Assembly (NCBI GenBank): GCA_965224275.1 | Contig: CBDCYR010000009.1 | Span: 235,533-299,532, forward strand | Length of the DNA: 64,000 nucleotides | Direction of reading: 5' to 3' | From: Alphaproteobacteria bacterium | GTDB lineage: Bacteria > Pseudomonadota > Alphaproteobacteria > SHVV01 | Part shown: positions 47,831 through 56,557 of the stretch, piece by piece | Position numbering within the stretch: the stretch's first letter is position 1 | Layout of the letters: each line of letters opens with the position of its first letter | Notes under the pieces: model-generated | Seen by the model: only the letters and a program-made list of their open reading frames with translations | Told to the model about the DNA's origin: nothing | Database searches by the model: none | Translations under genes and position numbers: made by a program

Positions 47831-47938
47831 TCAGGATTGCTGCGACTTGGCCCATCCCGCTCCCCCGTCCCAACCACCCCAACGGTATCCTTATCGGGGG
47901 TTGGGACGGGGGAGCGGGATGGGCCAAGCTAATCCTGA
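47831..47938. repeat. Long GC-rich imperfect palindrome (30-bp perfect stem plus outer 8-bp stem)
   Basis: 47846-47875 (CTTGGCCCATCCCGCTCCCCCGTCCCAACC) is the exact reverse complement of 47899-47928. An outer pair TCAGGATT (47831-38) / AATCCTGA (47931-38) extends the structure. It begins 8 nt after the ftsY stop and has no trailing T-tract. Confidence 0.65.
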
Positions 47939-47989
47939 TATGCCGTTAACCGCTTTGACTGAGACCGACCGGGCGGGCGGAGTCATAAG

Positions 47990-48475
47990 TTGACGATCAA
48001 GCACCGGCAGGCAGGTTGGGGGGTCGTCGAGCGCATCGTGTCCGGTGGCCAAAGCGGGGTCGACCGCGCGGCGCTCGATGTTGCCCTCGCGCTGGGCTAT
48101 GCGTGCGGCGGCTGGTGTCCCAAAGGCCGCCGCGCCGAGGACGGTCCGATCGACGTTCGCTACCCGCTGATCCAGACGAACTCTGATCGCTATCTCCAAC
48201 GGACGCGTTGGAACGTCCGTGATTCCGACGCGACCCTCATTCTGCTTCGCGGCCAGGCCGAAGGTGGCACGCTTAAAACCATCGACTTCGCCAACCGGCA
48301 GCGAAAGCCGCTGTGCATCGTCGATCTCGACACGTCGCCTGAGCCACCTCGGGCGCGTCAATGGATCAAAGATCACGCCGTTTCAACGCTTAATGTCGCC
48401 GGTCCCCGCGAAAGTAAGACCCCCGGCATCTACGCCGACGCCAGTCAATTTTTACGCGAGCTGCTGGCGGAATGA
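47990..48475 (+). CDS. SLOG-superfamily protein (putative molybdenum carrier / YpsA-like family)
   Basis: IVSGGQSGVDRAALDVALALGYACGGWCPKGRRAEDG...NVRDSDATLIL. Assigned by signature recognition only. The start is TTG and uncertain. Confidence 0.68.
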   Translation: MTIKHRQAGWGVVERIVSGGQSGVDRAALDVALALGYACGGWCPKGRRAEDGPIDVRYPLIQTNSDRYLQRTRWNVRDSDATLILLRGQAEGGTLKTIDFANRQRKPLCIVDLDTSPEPPRARQWIKDHAVSTLNVAGPRESKTPGIYADASQFLRELLAE

Positions 48476-48533
48476 GCCTGCGTTAGCGCGGGGTCGATTC
48501 GGACGCCATACCAAACTCGCGGGGCGCGCGCAC

Positions 48534-49124
48534 CTAGGGCGCAGCCTCGGCATGCCACGCGCGCTTGGTGCCTGGCATGTGATCGCCACTCTCGCCGGAG
48601 GGATTGGTGCGCGGCGAAAACGCGGTCTCGCCGCAAACCTCTCGAAACGCGTTTAACGCCCAGTGAACGCTGGGAAAGGCCAACGCGTCCCACGGGATAT
48701 CCTGCCAGTCGAACAACGATACCTCCTGGCTTTCGGTGCCCGGCCGAATCTCCGGTGAGGTGAGATCCGCGCGGTAGATGAGTTGAACTTGGCTAATTCG
48801 CGCCACCGAATATACCGCTAACAGCGCGTTGATCTCGAGTTCGGCATTGGCCTCCTCGCGCGCTTCTCGCAGCGCCCCATCGCTAGGTGTCTCATTGACT
48901 TCGAGGTAACCCGCCGGGATCGTCCAGTAGCCGATCCGGGGCTCGATCGCGCGCCGGCATAACAGGACGCGATCTTCCCAAACGGCGACCGCGCCCACCA
49001 CCACCTTGGGATTGACGTAGTTGATGAAACCGCAATCGTCGCAAACCAACCGCGGCTGATTGTCGCCTTCGGGGATGCGTTCAACGACCGGTCCGGCCGG
49101 TTTTGCTGGTGGCCCCATCAACAA
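48534..49124 (-). CDS. NUDIX hydrolase with N-terminal zinc-ribbon-like motif
   Basis: The Nudix box is [24 protein letters not shown]. An N-terminal [13 protein letters not shown] motif is present. Confidence 0.85.
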   Translation of the reverse strand: MLMGPPAKPAGPVVERIPEGDNQPRLVCDDCGFINYVNPKVVVGAVAVWEDRVLLCRRAIEPRIGYWTIPAGYLEVNETPSDGALREAREEANAELEINALLAVYSVARISQVQLIYRADLTSPEIRPGTESQEVSLFDWQDIPWDALAFPSVHWALNAFREVCGETAFSPRTNPSGESGDHMPGTKRAWHAEAAP

Positions 49125-49177
49125 ACTCTGGCACGCCGCCTGCGATCGGTCCAGGCAGCGGCCCCCAACGCGGGCAA

Positions 49178-49200
49178 CAAAAAAGCGCCCAAAGGCGCTT
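49178..49200 (-). terminator. Rho-independent terminator
   Basis: The minus-strand RNA reads AAGCGCCUUUGGGCGCUUUUUUG. It lies about 22 nt downstream of the stop of ORF 49223..49492. Confidence 0.65.
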
Positions 49201-49222
49201 GCTGCGGGATGGGCCGCGTCGG

Positions 49223-49492
49223 CTATATACGGATATCGACGCGAGTGCCCTGGCCGTTAGGACTATTTACGGCGACCTCACCGTCATCATCATCGGCAGC
49301 ATTTGCCGGCGGCTGACGTTGCGGGTTCTCGATCACAACAACGTCCTGTTCGCGCTGATCATTCGATTGGAAGGTCTCTTCAGTCGGCCGTTCGCTCTGA
49401 ATTTCTACGCTCCGGCGCTCTGCACTCTGATCGGCAACCGTCGTAGCGGGTGCGACTGCGGGCGGAGGAGGGGCTGCTGGGATGACTGCCAT
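49223..49492 (-). CDS. Hypothetical small Pro/Asp/Glu-rich protein (89 aa)
   Basis: The ORF is followed by its own canonical terminator and preceded by an AT-richer 128-bp region. Codon usage looks native. I recognise no family motif. Confidence 0.42.
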   Translation of the reverse strand: MAVIPAAPPPPAVAPATTVADQSAERRSVEIQSERPTEETFQSNDQREQDVVVIENPQRQPPANAADDDDGEVAVNSPNGQGTRVDIRI

Positions 49493-49620
49493 AACGTCTC
49501 AATATTCGCAGATTTCCGCGGATTCTTCAAACAACTCTTAACATTATGGTTAACACGTGGTTGCCAAGCGCCTAAAAAACAAGCAATTCCAACGCGTTTC
49601 ACCGCCCTGGGATGTGCCCC

Positions 49621-51159
49621 TTAATTGGCCGAGTTTAGTTTCTCGAGGGCGCCTTTTACCGTCGCGTAAGAGGGGCTGGCTGGATCGAAGCTCTCCAACA
49701 GCCGTTGCCAAGTCGCCCGCGCCTGATCGATCTGGCCCGATTCCGCCTGCACCTGGCCGATGAAAAAAAGCGCCCCTGGGTTTTGCGGATTGATCTTAAG
49801 GACGCGCTCGAAGGAGGCGATCGCAGCTTTAGGGGCGGGATCACCGGGCCCGCGGGCGCGCATCAGAGCGCCTGCGAAGTTAAGCAGCGCCCCCACATCG
49901 TCAGGCACATTCGAAGCCGCCCGGTCCATCGTCGCGTAAGCTTTTTCCTTCTCGCCGAGGACGCCATAGACCCGTACCAGACGTTGCCACCCCTGCGGGT
50001 CGTTGGGTTCCTCCTCGAGGCGATCGGCCAAGCCCTCGACCATGCCGCGAATCATCTGCTGACGCTCCGCGGGAGACATTTTGGCGGCCGCGGCCATGTC
50101 GGCCTGACTGGGGCCGCGGCGCGAGCCATCGCCGGCGTCGGTCTCAACGGCAGGCTGTTGCGGCTGGACCGGTCGAGCAGGGGCACCGGTTAGCGCTTGC
50201 GGTGCTATCGTTGCGACATCGATGCCGAGCCGCTCTGCCATGTCGCGAACCCGCTGCGCGACCGCCGCTCGCCAGGGCGCGTCGGGCGGAGCATCGAGCA
50301 GAAGCGACCGCCACATATCGAACGCTTCGCGGAACTTATCGGCCTGGGCTCTGCCTAACGCAATGTAGTAGCGCGACGCCGGATCGCTGGGGCGCGCCGC
50401 CAACACCTGGCTAAACATGGCTTCGGCGTCGGCGGTCACACGGCCGCCGGTCGCCAACACCATGGACTCGGCCGCCATCGTCTTGTGGTCGGCGTTGGTG
50501 GGATCGAGTTCGATTGCTTTTTGAAAAGCGGCGACGGATTCGCTGTGCCGGTCGGTAACTGTGAGCGATCGACCAAGCAGCAGCCAACCTTGGAGATCGG
50601 CCGGATTTTTCTCTAACCGGGCGCGTAGCTTGGCTATGTTTTCGTCGAGTTCATGCGGCGCCATTTCGCCGCTTGCCATTTCGCTGCTTGACTGGGCTGC
50701 TGGCCGAGCCGGTGCCACGGCACGCCCGGCATTGGCGGTAAGCGGTGGATGCGGTTTTCCCGGTGGTGCATTTGGGGCACCGGGATTGCCCAGCGACATA
50801 TAGAGACTCAGACCAACAACCGGCACCAGAATGGCGATGGATGCGGCAGCGGCGCGGCGTGCTGCGCCGCGCGCAGGGGTGTCGTCGTTCGTGTCGTCAT
50901 TTGCGTCGTCCGAGGTTTTGTCTTCGGTCGTAATCAGTCGACGCTGAATTTCGAGCCGTGCGGCATCGGCTTCGTCGCCCGTGATGACACCGCGTTCGAC
51001 ATCGACATCGAGTTCGCGCAATTGGTCGCGATAGACTTGACGACTAAAGTCGCCACGCCGCCAACCCGCCGGCCGATGGCGCAAAATTGGCACGATCAGC
51101 GTCGCGATAACGCCAAACGTCATCGCCGCGAGGATTAGCCAAAATAGAGCCGTGATCAC
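49621..51159 (-). CDS. ccmI: Cytochrome c-type biogenesis protein CcmI (CycH)
   Basis: An N-terminal TM pair (MITALFWLILAAMTFGVIATLIVPIL), then a low-complexity linker and C-terminal TPR repeats. It is the last gene of the ccm cluster. Confidence 0.83.
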   Translation of the reverse strand: MITALFWLILAAMTFGVIATLIVPILRHRPAGWRRGDFSRQVYRDQLRELDVDVERGVITGDEADAARLEIQRRLITTEDKTSDDANDDTNDDTPARGAARRAAAASIAILVPVVGLSLYMSLGNPGAPNAPPGKPHPPLTANAGRAVAPARPAAQSSSEMASGEMAPHELDENIAKLRARLEKNPADLQGWLLLGRSLTVTDRHSESVAAFQKAIELDPTNADHKTMAAESMVLATGGRVTADAEAMFSQVLAARPSDPASRYYIALGRAQADKFREAFDMWRSLLLDAPPDAPWRAAVAQRVRDMAERLGIDVATIAPQALTGAPARPVQPQQPAVETDAGDGSRRGPSQADMAAAAKMSPAERQQMIRGMVEGLADRLEEEPNDPQGWQRLVRVYGVLGEKEKAYATMDRAASNVPDDVGALLNFAGALMRARGPGDPAPKAAIASFERVLKINPQNPGALFFIGQVQAESGQIDQARATWQRLLESFDPASPSYATVKGALEKLNSAN

Positions 51160-51645
51160 TTAGCCGTCGCTTTCCAGCACCCGGTCGAGCCGGGCCCGCT
51201 CGGTATCGCTGAGCGGCGTTGCGGCGACCACGTTTGTGCGACCCACACGTCGCAGGAACATAACGACGCTTAAGCCCCCGAGCAGGATGAGGGCGAACGG
51301 TGCCCCCCACAGGGCTGCTGTCGACAAGTTGAAGGGCGGTTTGAGTAACACCCAGTCGCCATATCGATCCACGACATAGTCGATCGTCTCTTGATCGGTA
51401 TCACCGGCGACAAGGCGCTCGCGAACCACTTCGCGCAGGTCGCGAGCCAGACCGGCGTTGGAATCGTGGATCGACTGGTTCTGGCAAACCAGGCAACGCA
51501 GCTGTTTGTGGAGCTCTACCGCACGCGCTTCGAGCTTTGGATCGGCCAGCGGTGGATCGATCCCGAGCGCCATGCCGAGATGCGGCGCCAGCAGCAACGC
51601 GATAACCGCGGTGCCAAATAGCACCCGACGGAACCGACCCTTCAT
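51160..51645 (-). CDS. ccmH: Cytochrome c-type biogenesis protein CcmH (CycL)
   Basis: The signature is LRCLVCQNQSIHDSNA, followed by a TM helix. Confidence 0.88.
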   Translation of the reverse strand: MKGRFRRVLFGTAVIALLLAPHLGMALGIDPPLADPKLEARAVELHKQLRCLVCQNQSIHDSNAGLARDLREVVRERLVAGDTDQETIDYVVDRYGDWVLLKPPFNLSTAALWGAPFALILLGGLSVVMFLRRVGRTNVVAATPLSDTERARLDRVLESDG

Positions 51646-52175
51646 TGGGCCCGCGCCTGCTCGATCAGGGGAAGTATTTTGTTCTCCAGATCGGCCGGCG
51701 AAATCGGTCCGATGTGCTTGTCGATGATACGTCCGTCGCCGCTAACGATGAACGTCTCAGGCACGCCATAGACTCCCCAATCGATGCCGACGCGTCCGTC
51801 ACGATCGACGCCGGTCCGCGTGTAGGGATCGCCAAACTGCCCGAGCCAACGGTCTGAGTTTTCCGGTGCGTCCTTATAGGCGAGGCCATAGACCTGGACG
51901 ACGCCACTGCGGGCAAGTTCCATCAGCAGCGGGTGCTCGACGCGACAGGCCACGCACCATGACGCGAAGACGTTGATCAGCACGACGTCTCCTTTTTTGA
52001 GATCGTCGCTGGCTAGGCCGAGCCCACGCGGCGGCACCGCCGGTAGATCGAATTCCGGGATCGGTTTGCCGATCAACGCCGATGGAATATCGCGGGGATT
52101 GAGGGTGAGACCGACGCCCAACGCAATCGCGAAGATGACGAAGACGGCGATCGGAACGACGTAACCCAAGCGCAT
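51642..52175 (-). CDS. ccmG: Thiol:disulfide interchange protein CcmG/DsbE
   Basis: A TM anchor, the thioredoxin motif NVFASWCVACRVEHP, and GVYGVPETF. Confidence 0.9.
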   Translation of the reverse strand: MRLGYVVPIAVFVIFAIALGVGLTLNPRDIPSALIGKPIPEFDLPAVPPRGLGLASDDLKKGDVVLINVFASWCVACRVEHPLLMELARSGVVQVYGLAYKDAPENSDRWLGQFGDPYTRTGVDRDGRVGIDWGVYGVPETFIVSGDGRIIDKHIGPISPADLENKILPLIEQARAQ

Positions 52176-52181
52176 CAGCGG

Positions 52182-54176
52182 TTACTCCGCGGCGACCGGC
52201 GCCGTCGCTTCCTCGCGCCGCGGCCGCCGTCGTGCCGGGGCGCCAACGCGATGACGACGATCCGTGAGGGAGACGATCCCGCCAATGGTCATCACCAGGG
52301 CGCCAAACCAAATCCAGTGAACCAGCGGTTTGTGGTAGAGCCGGGTCGCCCAGCCACCGGACGGTCCCGGATCGCCGATCGCGATATAGAGATCAGCCGC
52401 CGGGGTGGGCCTGATTGCCGCCTCCGATGTCTGCATCGGTGGGGTCGGATAGTTTCGCGATTCAGGCTCCATGCGGGTGACGCTACGACCGTTCCGGGTG
52501 ATGTCGTAGGCGCCTCGGATGGCCGTGTAGTTGGGGCCAAGCACGTCGCGCGTCCCTTTGAACTCAACTTGATAACCAGCGAGTTCGATCGTCTCGCCCA
52601 CACGCATGATCTGCAGCCGCTCGACCTCCCAAGCGGTGGTCGCGACGATGCCCATAATCACCAGGCCGAGGCCGCTATGGGCCAGCGTCATGCCGAAGGC
52701 CGAGCGCGGAAGGTGGATCGCGCGGTGCCAACTTTCAACCAACGGGGCCCGGAACAGGCGTATGCGTTCGGCTAGTTCGACCAGCGCGCCCCCGATCAGC
52801 CAGGCCGCTAGGGCCATGCCGAGCACCGCCATCACGGGCCCACCCCAGGTGAGGTAAAGCGTAACCAGGGCGACGATCGCCGAGATCGCGAAGCCGGCTT
52901 TCAGACGCGCTAGAGCCCCGGCTGCGTCCGCGCGTTTCCACGGCAACAGCGGGCCGATCGCCATCATGACGACCAAGGGAATCATCAACGGTCCAAAAGT
53001 GGCGTTGAAATAGGGTGGCCCGACGGAGATCTTCTCTCCAGTCAGCGCATCGAGGAACAGCGGATACATGGTGCCGAGCAGGACCGTCGCACATGCCGTC
53101 GTGAGCAGCAGATTGTTCAGAATAAGCCCGCCCTCGCGGCTTATCGGCGCGAACAGCGTGTCTGTTTTGAGGGTTGGTGCGCGAACCGCAAACAACACCA
53201 GGGCACCGCCGACCACGAAGATAAGAAACGCGAGAATAAACACGCCCCGCTCCGGATCGGACGCGAATGCATGCACCGATGTCAGCACGCCGGACCGCAC
53301 GATGAAGGTGCCAAGCAGGCTAAGGGTGAAGGTGAGGATCGCGAGTAGGATCGTCCACGCCTTCAGCGTATTGCGTTTCTCGACCACGATGGCCGAATGC
53401 AACAACGCGGTGCCAGCGAGCCAGGGCATGAAAGAGGCATTCTCGACCGGGTCCCAAAACCACCAGCCGCCCCAACCGAGCTCGTAATAGGCCCACCAAC
53501 TGCCGAGCGCGATTCCCACCGTAAGGAAACACCACGCGGCCAACGTCCACGGCCGCACCCAGCGCGCCCAGGCCGGTTCCACGCGTCCTTCGATCAGCGC
53601 CGCAATGGCAAATGAGAAAGCCATCGAGAATCCAACATAACCGAGGTAGAGGAACGGGGGATGAAACGCGAGGCCGGGGTCTTGCAGCAACGGATTGAGG
53701 CCGCGGCCTTCAAGCGGTGCGGGAATGAGGCGGGTGAATGCATTCGACGTCAGCAGGATAAACAGGAGAAATCCAATACCGATCAATGCCTGTACCGAAA
53801 GCACGCGAGCGCGCAGGGTTGGCGGCAGATTACTGCCGAAAATAGCAACCGCGGCACCGAACAGATTGAGGATCAGGATCCACAGCAGCAGCGATCCTTC
53901 GTGGTTCCCCCAGACGCCGGTGATTTTGTAGAGCAGCGGTTTGGCCGTATGTGAATTCTCGGCAACGTTGATGACCGAGAAATCAGAAATCACGTAGGCA
54001 TACATAAGAATGAAAAATGCGATCGCGATGAGCACGAATTGGGCCACCGCAGCTGGCGCCGCGACTGCGACCCAGCTTGCGATTCCCCGATGTGCGCCGA
54101 CCAGCGGCAGTGTCCCCTGGACCAAGGCAACAACCAGAGCGAGGACGATGGCATAATGGCCGATTTCCGGGATCAC
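52182..54176 (-). CDS. ccmF: Cytochrome c heme lyase subunit CcmF
   Basis: A 664-aa polytopic protein with the WWD-type region WAYYELGWGGWWFWDPVENAS and conserved His-containing loops. Confidence 0.95.
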   Translation of the reverse strand: MIPEIGHYAIVLALVVALVQGTLPLVGAHRGIASWVAVAAPAAVAQFVLIAIAFFILMYAYVISDFSVINVAENSHTAKPLLYKITGVWGNHEGSLLLWILILNLFGAAVAIFGSNLPPTLRARVLSVQALIGIGFLLFILLTSNAFTRLIPAPLEGRGLNPLLQDPGLAFHPPFLYLGYVGFSMAFSFAIAALIEGRVEPAWARWVRPWTLAAWCFLTVGIALGSWWAYYELGWGGWWFWDPVENASFMPWLAGTALLHSAIVVEKRNTLKAWTILLAILTFTLSLLGTFIVRSGVLTSVHAFASDPERGVFILAFLIFVVGGALVLFAVRAPTLKTDTLFAPISREGGLILNNLLLTTACATVLLGTMYPLFLDALTGEKISVGPPYFNATFGPLMIPLVVMMAIGPLLPWKRADAAGALARLKAGFAISAIVALVTLYLTWGGPVMAVLGMALAAWLIGGALVELAERIRLFRAPLVESWHRAIHLPRSAFGMTLAHSGLGLVIMGIVATTAWEVERLQIMRVGETIELAGYQVEFKGTRDVLGPNYTAIRGAYDITRNGRSVTRMEPESRNYPTPPMQTSEAAIRPTPAADLYIAIGDPGPSGGWATRLYHKPLVHWIWFGALVMTIGGIVSLTDRRHRVGAPARRRPRREEATAPVAAE

Positions 54177-54625
54177 AGTTTTTTCCCTTCAGCACCCTGC
54201 CATTGGCCGCTTTTGCGCAGGGCTTCGGCGACCTCCGGCGGCATATAATTTTCATCGTGTTTGGCCAGCACTTCAGATGCGACGAAAACGCCCTTTGCGT
54301 CCAACTGGCCTTCAGCAACCACACCTTGGCCTTCGCGAAACAGGTCGGGCAGCAAGCCACGAAAGGAGACCGCGACGGTGCGTGAAAGATCGGTCACGCG
54401 AAACGTTGTCGTGACCCCGTCGTCAGCCCGCACCACGCTGTTCTCCTCGACCAAGCCGCCCAAGCGGAAGCGGCGATCGGGCGGCACATCCTGTTCGGCA
54501 AGATCAGACGGGCTGTAGAAAAACACCACGCTATCGTTGAGTGCGAAAAGAATCAGGATCACGGCGGCGGTAAGCAACGCCATGCCGACGACCACGAAAC
54601 TCAGGCGTTTGTGTTTACGCTTCAC
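54173..54625 (-). CDS. ccmE: Cytochrome c maturation heme chaperone CcmE
   Basis: A TM anchor, FRLGGLV, and the heme-binding LAKHDENYMPPEV. Confidence 0.93.
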   Translation of the reverse strand: MKRKHKRLSFVVVGMALLTAAVILILFALNDSVVFFYSPSDLAEQDVPPDRRFRLGGLVEENSVVRADDGVTTTFRVTDLSRTVAVSFRGLLPDLFREGQGVVAEGQLDAKGVFVASEVLAKHDENYMPPEVAEALRKSGQWQGAEGKKL

Positions 54626-54854
54626 CGGCTGCCTGTTCCACCGATCCCGTCGCTTCCTCGCCGGGCTTGGACATGCCGCGGTCGCGCCGACGGGGGCGGG
54701 CTGATTCCATTAGTTCGAGCGTGCGTCGTTCTTTACGCAACCCGCGAATGCTGGCGACCAGTAAGGCGACCATCACAATCGCGGTCACGCCAAATGCAGG
54801 CCACACAAAGGCGGCATATCCACCCATGGCCAGAAATTCTCGAATCGCATCCAT
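54615..54854 (-). CDS. ccmD: Heme exporter protein CcmD (long form)
   Basis: MGGYAAFVWPAFGVTAIVMVALLV is the CcmD TM signature. The C-terminal tail is basic then acidic. It overlaps the ccmE start by 11 nt. Confidence 0.75.
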   Translation of the reverse strand: MDAIREFLAMGGYAAFVWPAFGVTAIVMVALLVASIRGLRKERRTLELMESARPRRRDRGMSKPGEEATGSVEQAAGEA

Positions 54855-54993
54855 ATCCCGTTTAAATGTCCCGGCTCGGATCCTTGCTGCGTTAACGGCG
54901 CGGCGCCAGCCTTTGTTCCGCTGTTCAAGTCACTCAAAGATGTCGTCTGGTGGCGCGCAAAGCAACCACGGAGCTGTAAATGGCCCTGTCCGC

Positions 54994-55734
54994 CTATTCC
55001 GCTGGCTGGCTCGCGTAGGGATCACCGGCGCTTAACTGAAGCGCGCGAACCCTGCGCGCGATGAGTTCACGTTGCACCCGAAGGATCAGGACGGTGACGA
55101 AATACGCGCTAAAGCCGACGATCATGATCAGAAGCGGCCACAGCATCGAGGCATGGATCGAGGGTCCGTCGAGTTTCATGATGCTCGCCGGTTGGTGCAA
55201 CGTGTTCCACCAATCGACTGAAAACTTGATGATCGGGAGGTTAACCGCTCCGACAAGTGCGAGGATTGCCGATGCCTTCGCCGCGCGCTCGGGATCGTCG
55301 AATGCCTCCCACAGCGCCATGTAACCGAGATAGAGGAAAAACAGGATCAAAACCGATGTCAGTCGGGCATCCCACACCCACCATGTGCCCCACATCGGTT
55401 GTCCCCACAAAGCGCCGGTCACCAAAGCCATCAGCGTAAAGCTGGCACCGATTGGCGCGCACGCTTTGGCGCTTAGATAGGCCACCGGATGCTTCCATAT
55501 CAACCCGACCGCGCTGGCGATCGCCATCACGGCATAGACCATCGTCGACATCCATGCGCTGGGGACGTGGACATACATCATGCGAACGCTTTCGCCCTGC
55601 TGATAATCGGCCGGGGCCGCGAACAATGACAGATAGAGGCCGACCGCCAGCAGGATCGTGGTCGCGATGGCGCTCCACGGCAGGATTGCTGCAATAATCC
55701 GCCCGAAACGGGCCGGGCTTGCATACTTATGCAT
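54994..55734 (-). CDS. ccmC: Heme exporter protein CcmC
   Basis: The tryptophan-rich motif is WGQPMWGTWWVWDARLTS. The protein has six TM helices. Confidence 0.93.
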   Translation of the reverse strand: MHKYASPARFGRIIAAILPWSAIATTILLAVGLYLSLFAAPADYQQGESVRMMYVHVPSAWMSTMVYAVMAIASAVGLIWKHPVAYLSAKACAPIGASFTLMALVTGALWGQPMWGTWWVWDARLTSVLILFFLYLGYMALWEAFDDPERAAKASAILALVGAVNLPIIKFSVDWWNTLHQPASIMKLDGPSIHASMLWPLLIMIVGFSAYFVTVLILRVQRELIARRVRALQLSAGDPYASQPAE

Positions 55735-55857
55735 GGGCCGATCTTGCGTCAGCCAATCGGTTGGCGCAACCGCGCGATAGCTTGTTTTTCCCCATCTCGC
55801 GCGGTTTTGAAGAGGGGTGCCGCCGTGGCGGAAACAAACGTGCGCGCTCGAACGCGG

Positions 55858-56547
55858 TCATTTCGACCACACCATGCAAAAGCTGACCGGTTGATGCTTG
55901 TATTTGGCCCATCCCGGCTTCAAGGCAATCCACGTGTCATCAATGACGCCCTCATCCATCTCGGTGAGGGTCCATCCCGCTTGGTGGGCGGCCTTCACAT
56001 GATCGCTAAAGAGGTGAATGTAAGCCTGAATCGAAACCGGGTTGCCATCATGACCGTCGAAGTGTGTGGGCACACCGTTCATGAGGAAGTGCGAGTGATA
56101 GCCGACGATGACGAAACTCGCTGCCACTGTGGCCACTCGCGCTGCCTCGGCATAAAGCGGTGCCAGGTCTTCGAGGTGCTCGTCGGCCAGCACTTCGATC
56201 ACCAAATCATAGGTCTCCGACGGCAACCCGGTCTCCTGGATATCGGCGTGGTATAGCGCGTCGTAGACCTTGCGAGTCTTGGCATGGGCCATCATCTCGG
56301 GCGAGAAATCGACGCCCTCGACGAAGTCAGCGCCGTGCGCGCGCAGCCAAGCCCCGATCCGCCCGGTGCCGCAGGCAAGGTCTAGCGCCCGCGAGACGCT
56401 CTCCCATGCCACGGTTTCGATTTGCGAGAGCAGCCCAAGATCCATTTCATCACGCACGACCGCATCGTAGGTCTGCGACCATTCGCGATAACCATCGCGC
56501 ACGGAGAGGGTCGGATAGTTGCGTTTGTCAAACGGCGCGAAATCCAT
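55858..56547 (-). CDS. Class I SAM-dependent methyltransferase
   Basis: SAM-binding motif I is ALDLACGTGRIGAWL, followed by VEGVDFSPEMM. It lies between ccmB (10-nt spacer) and ccmC (123-nt spacer). Confidence 0.8.
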   Translation of the reverse strand: MDFAPFDKRNYPTLSVRDGYREWSQTYDAVVRDEMDLGLLSQIETVAWESVSRALDLACGTGRIGAWLRAHGADFVEGVDFSPEMMAHAKTRKVYDALYHADIQETGLPSETYDLVIEVLADEHLEDLAPLYAEAARVATVAASFVIVGYHSHFLMNGVPTHFDGHDGNPVSIQAYIHLFSDHVKAAHQAGWTLTEMDEGVIDDTWIALKPGWAKYKHQPVSFCMVWSK

Positions 56548-56557
56548 CGTCGTGGCC

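Noticed and set aside
49205-49216. A 12-mer GCGGGATGGGCC shared with the arm of the 47831-47938 hairpin.
   Set aside because: It is a single short GC-rich match with no extended similarity on either side. This is compatible with chance in GC-rich DNA.
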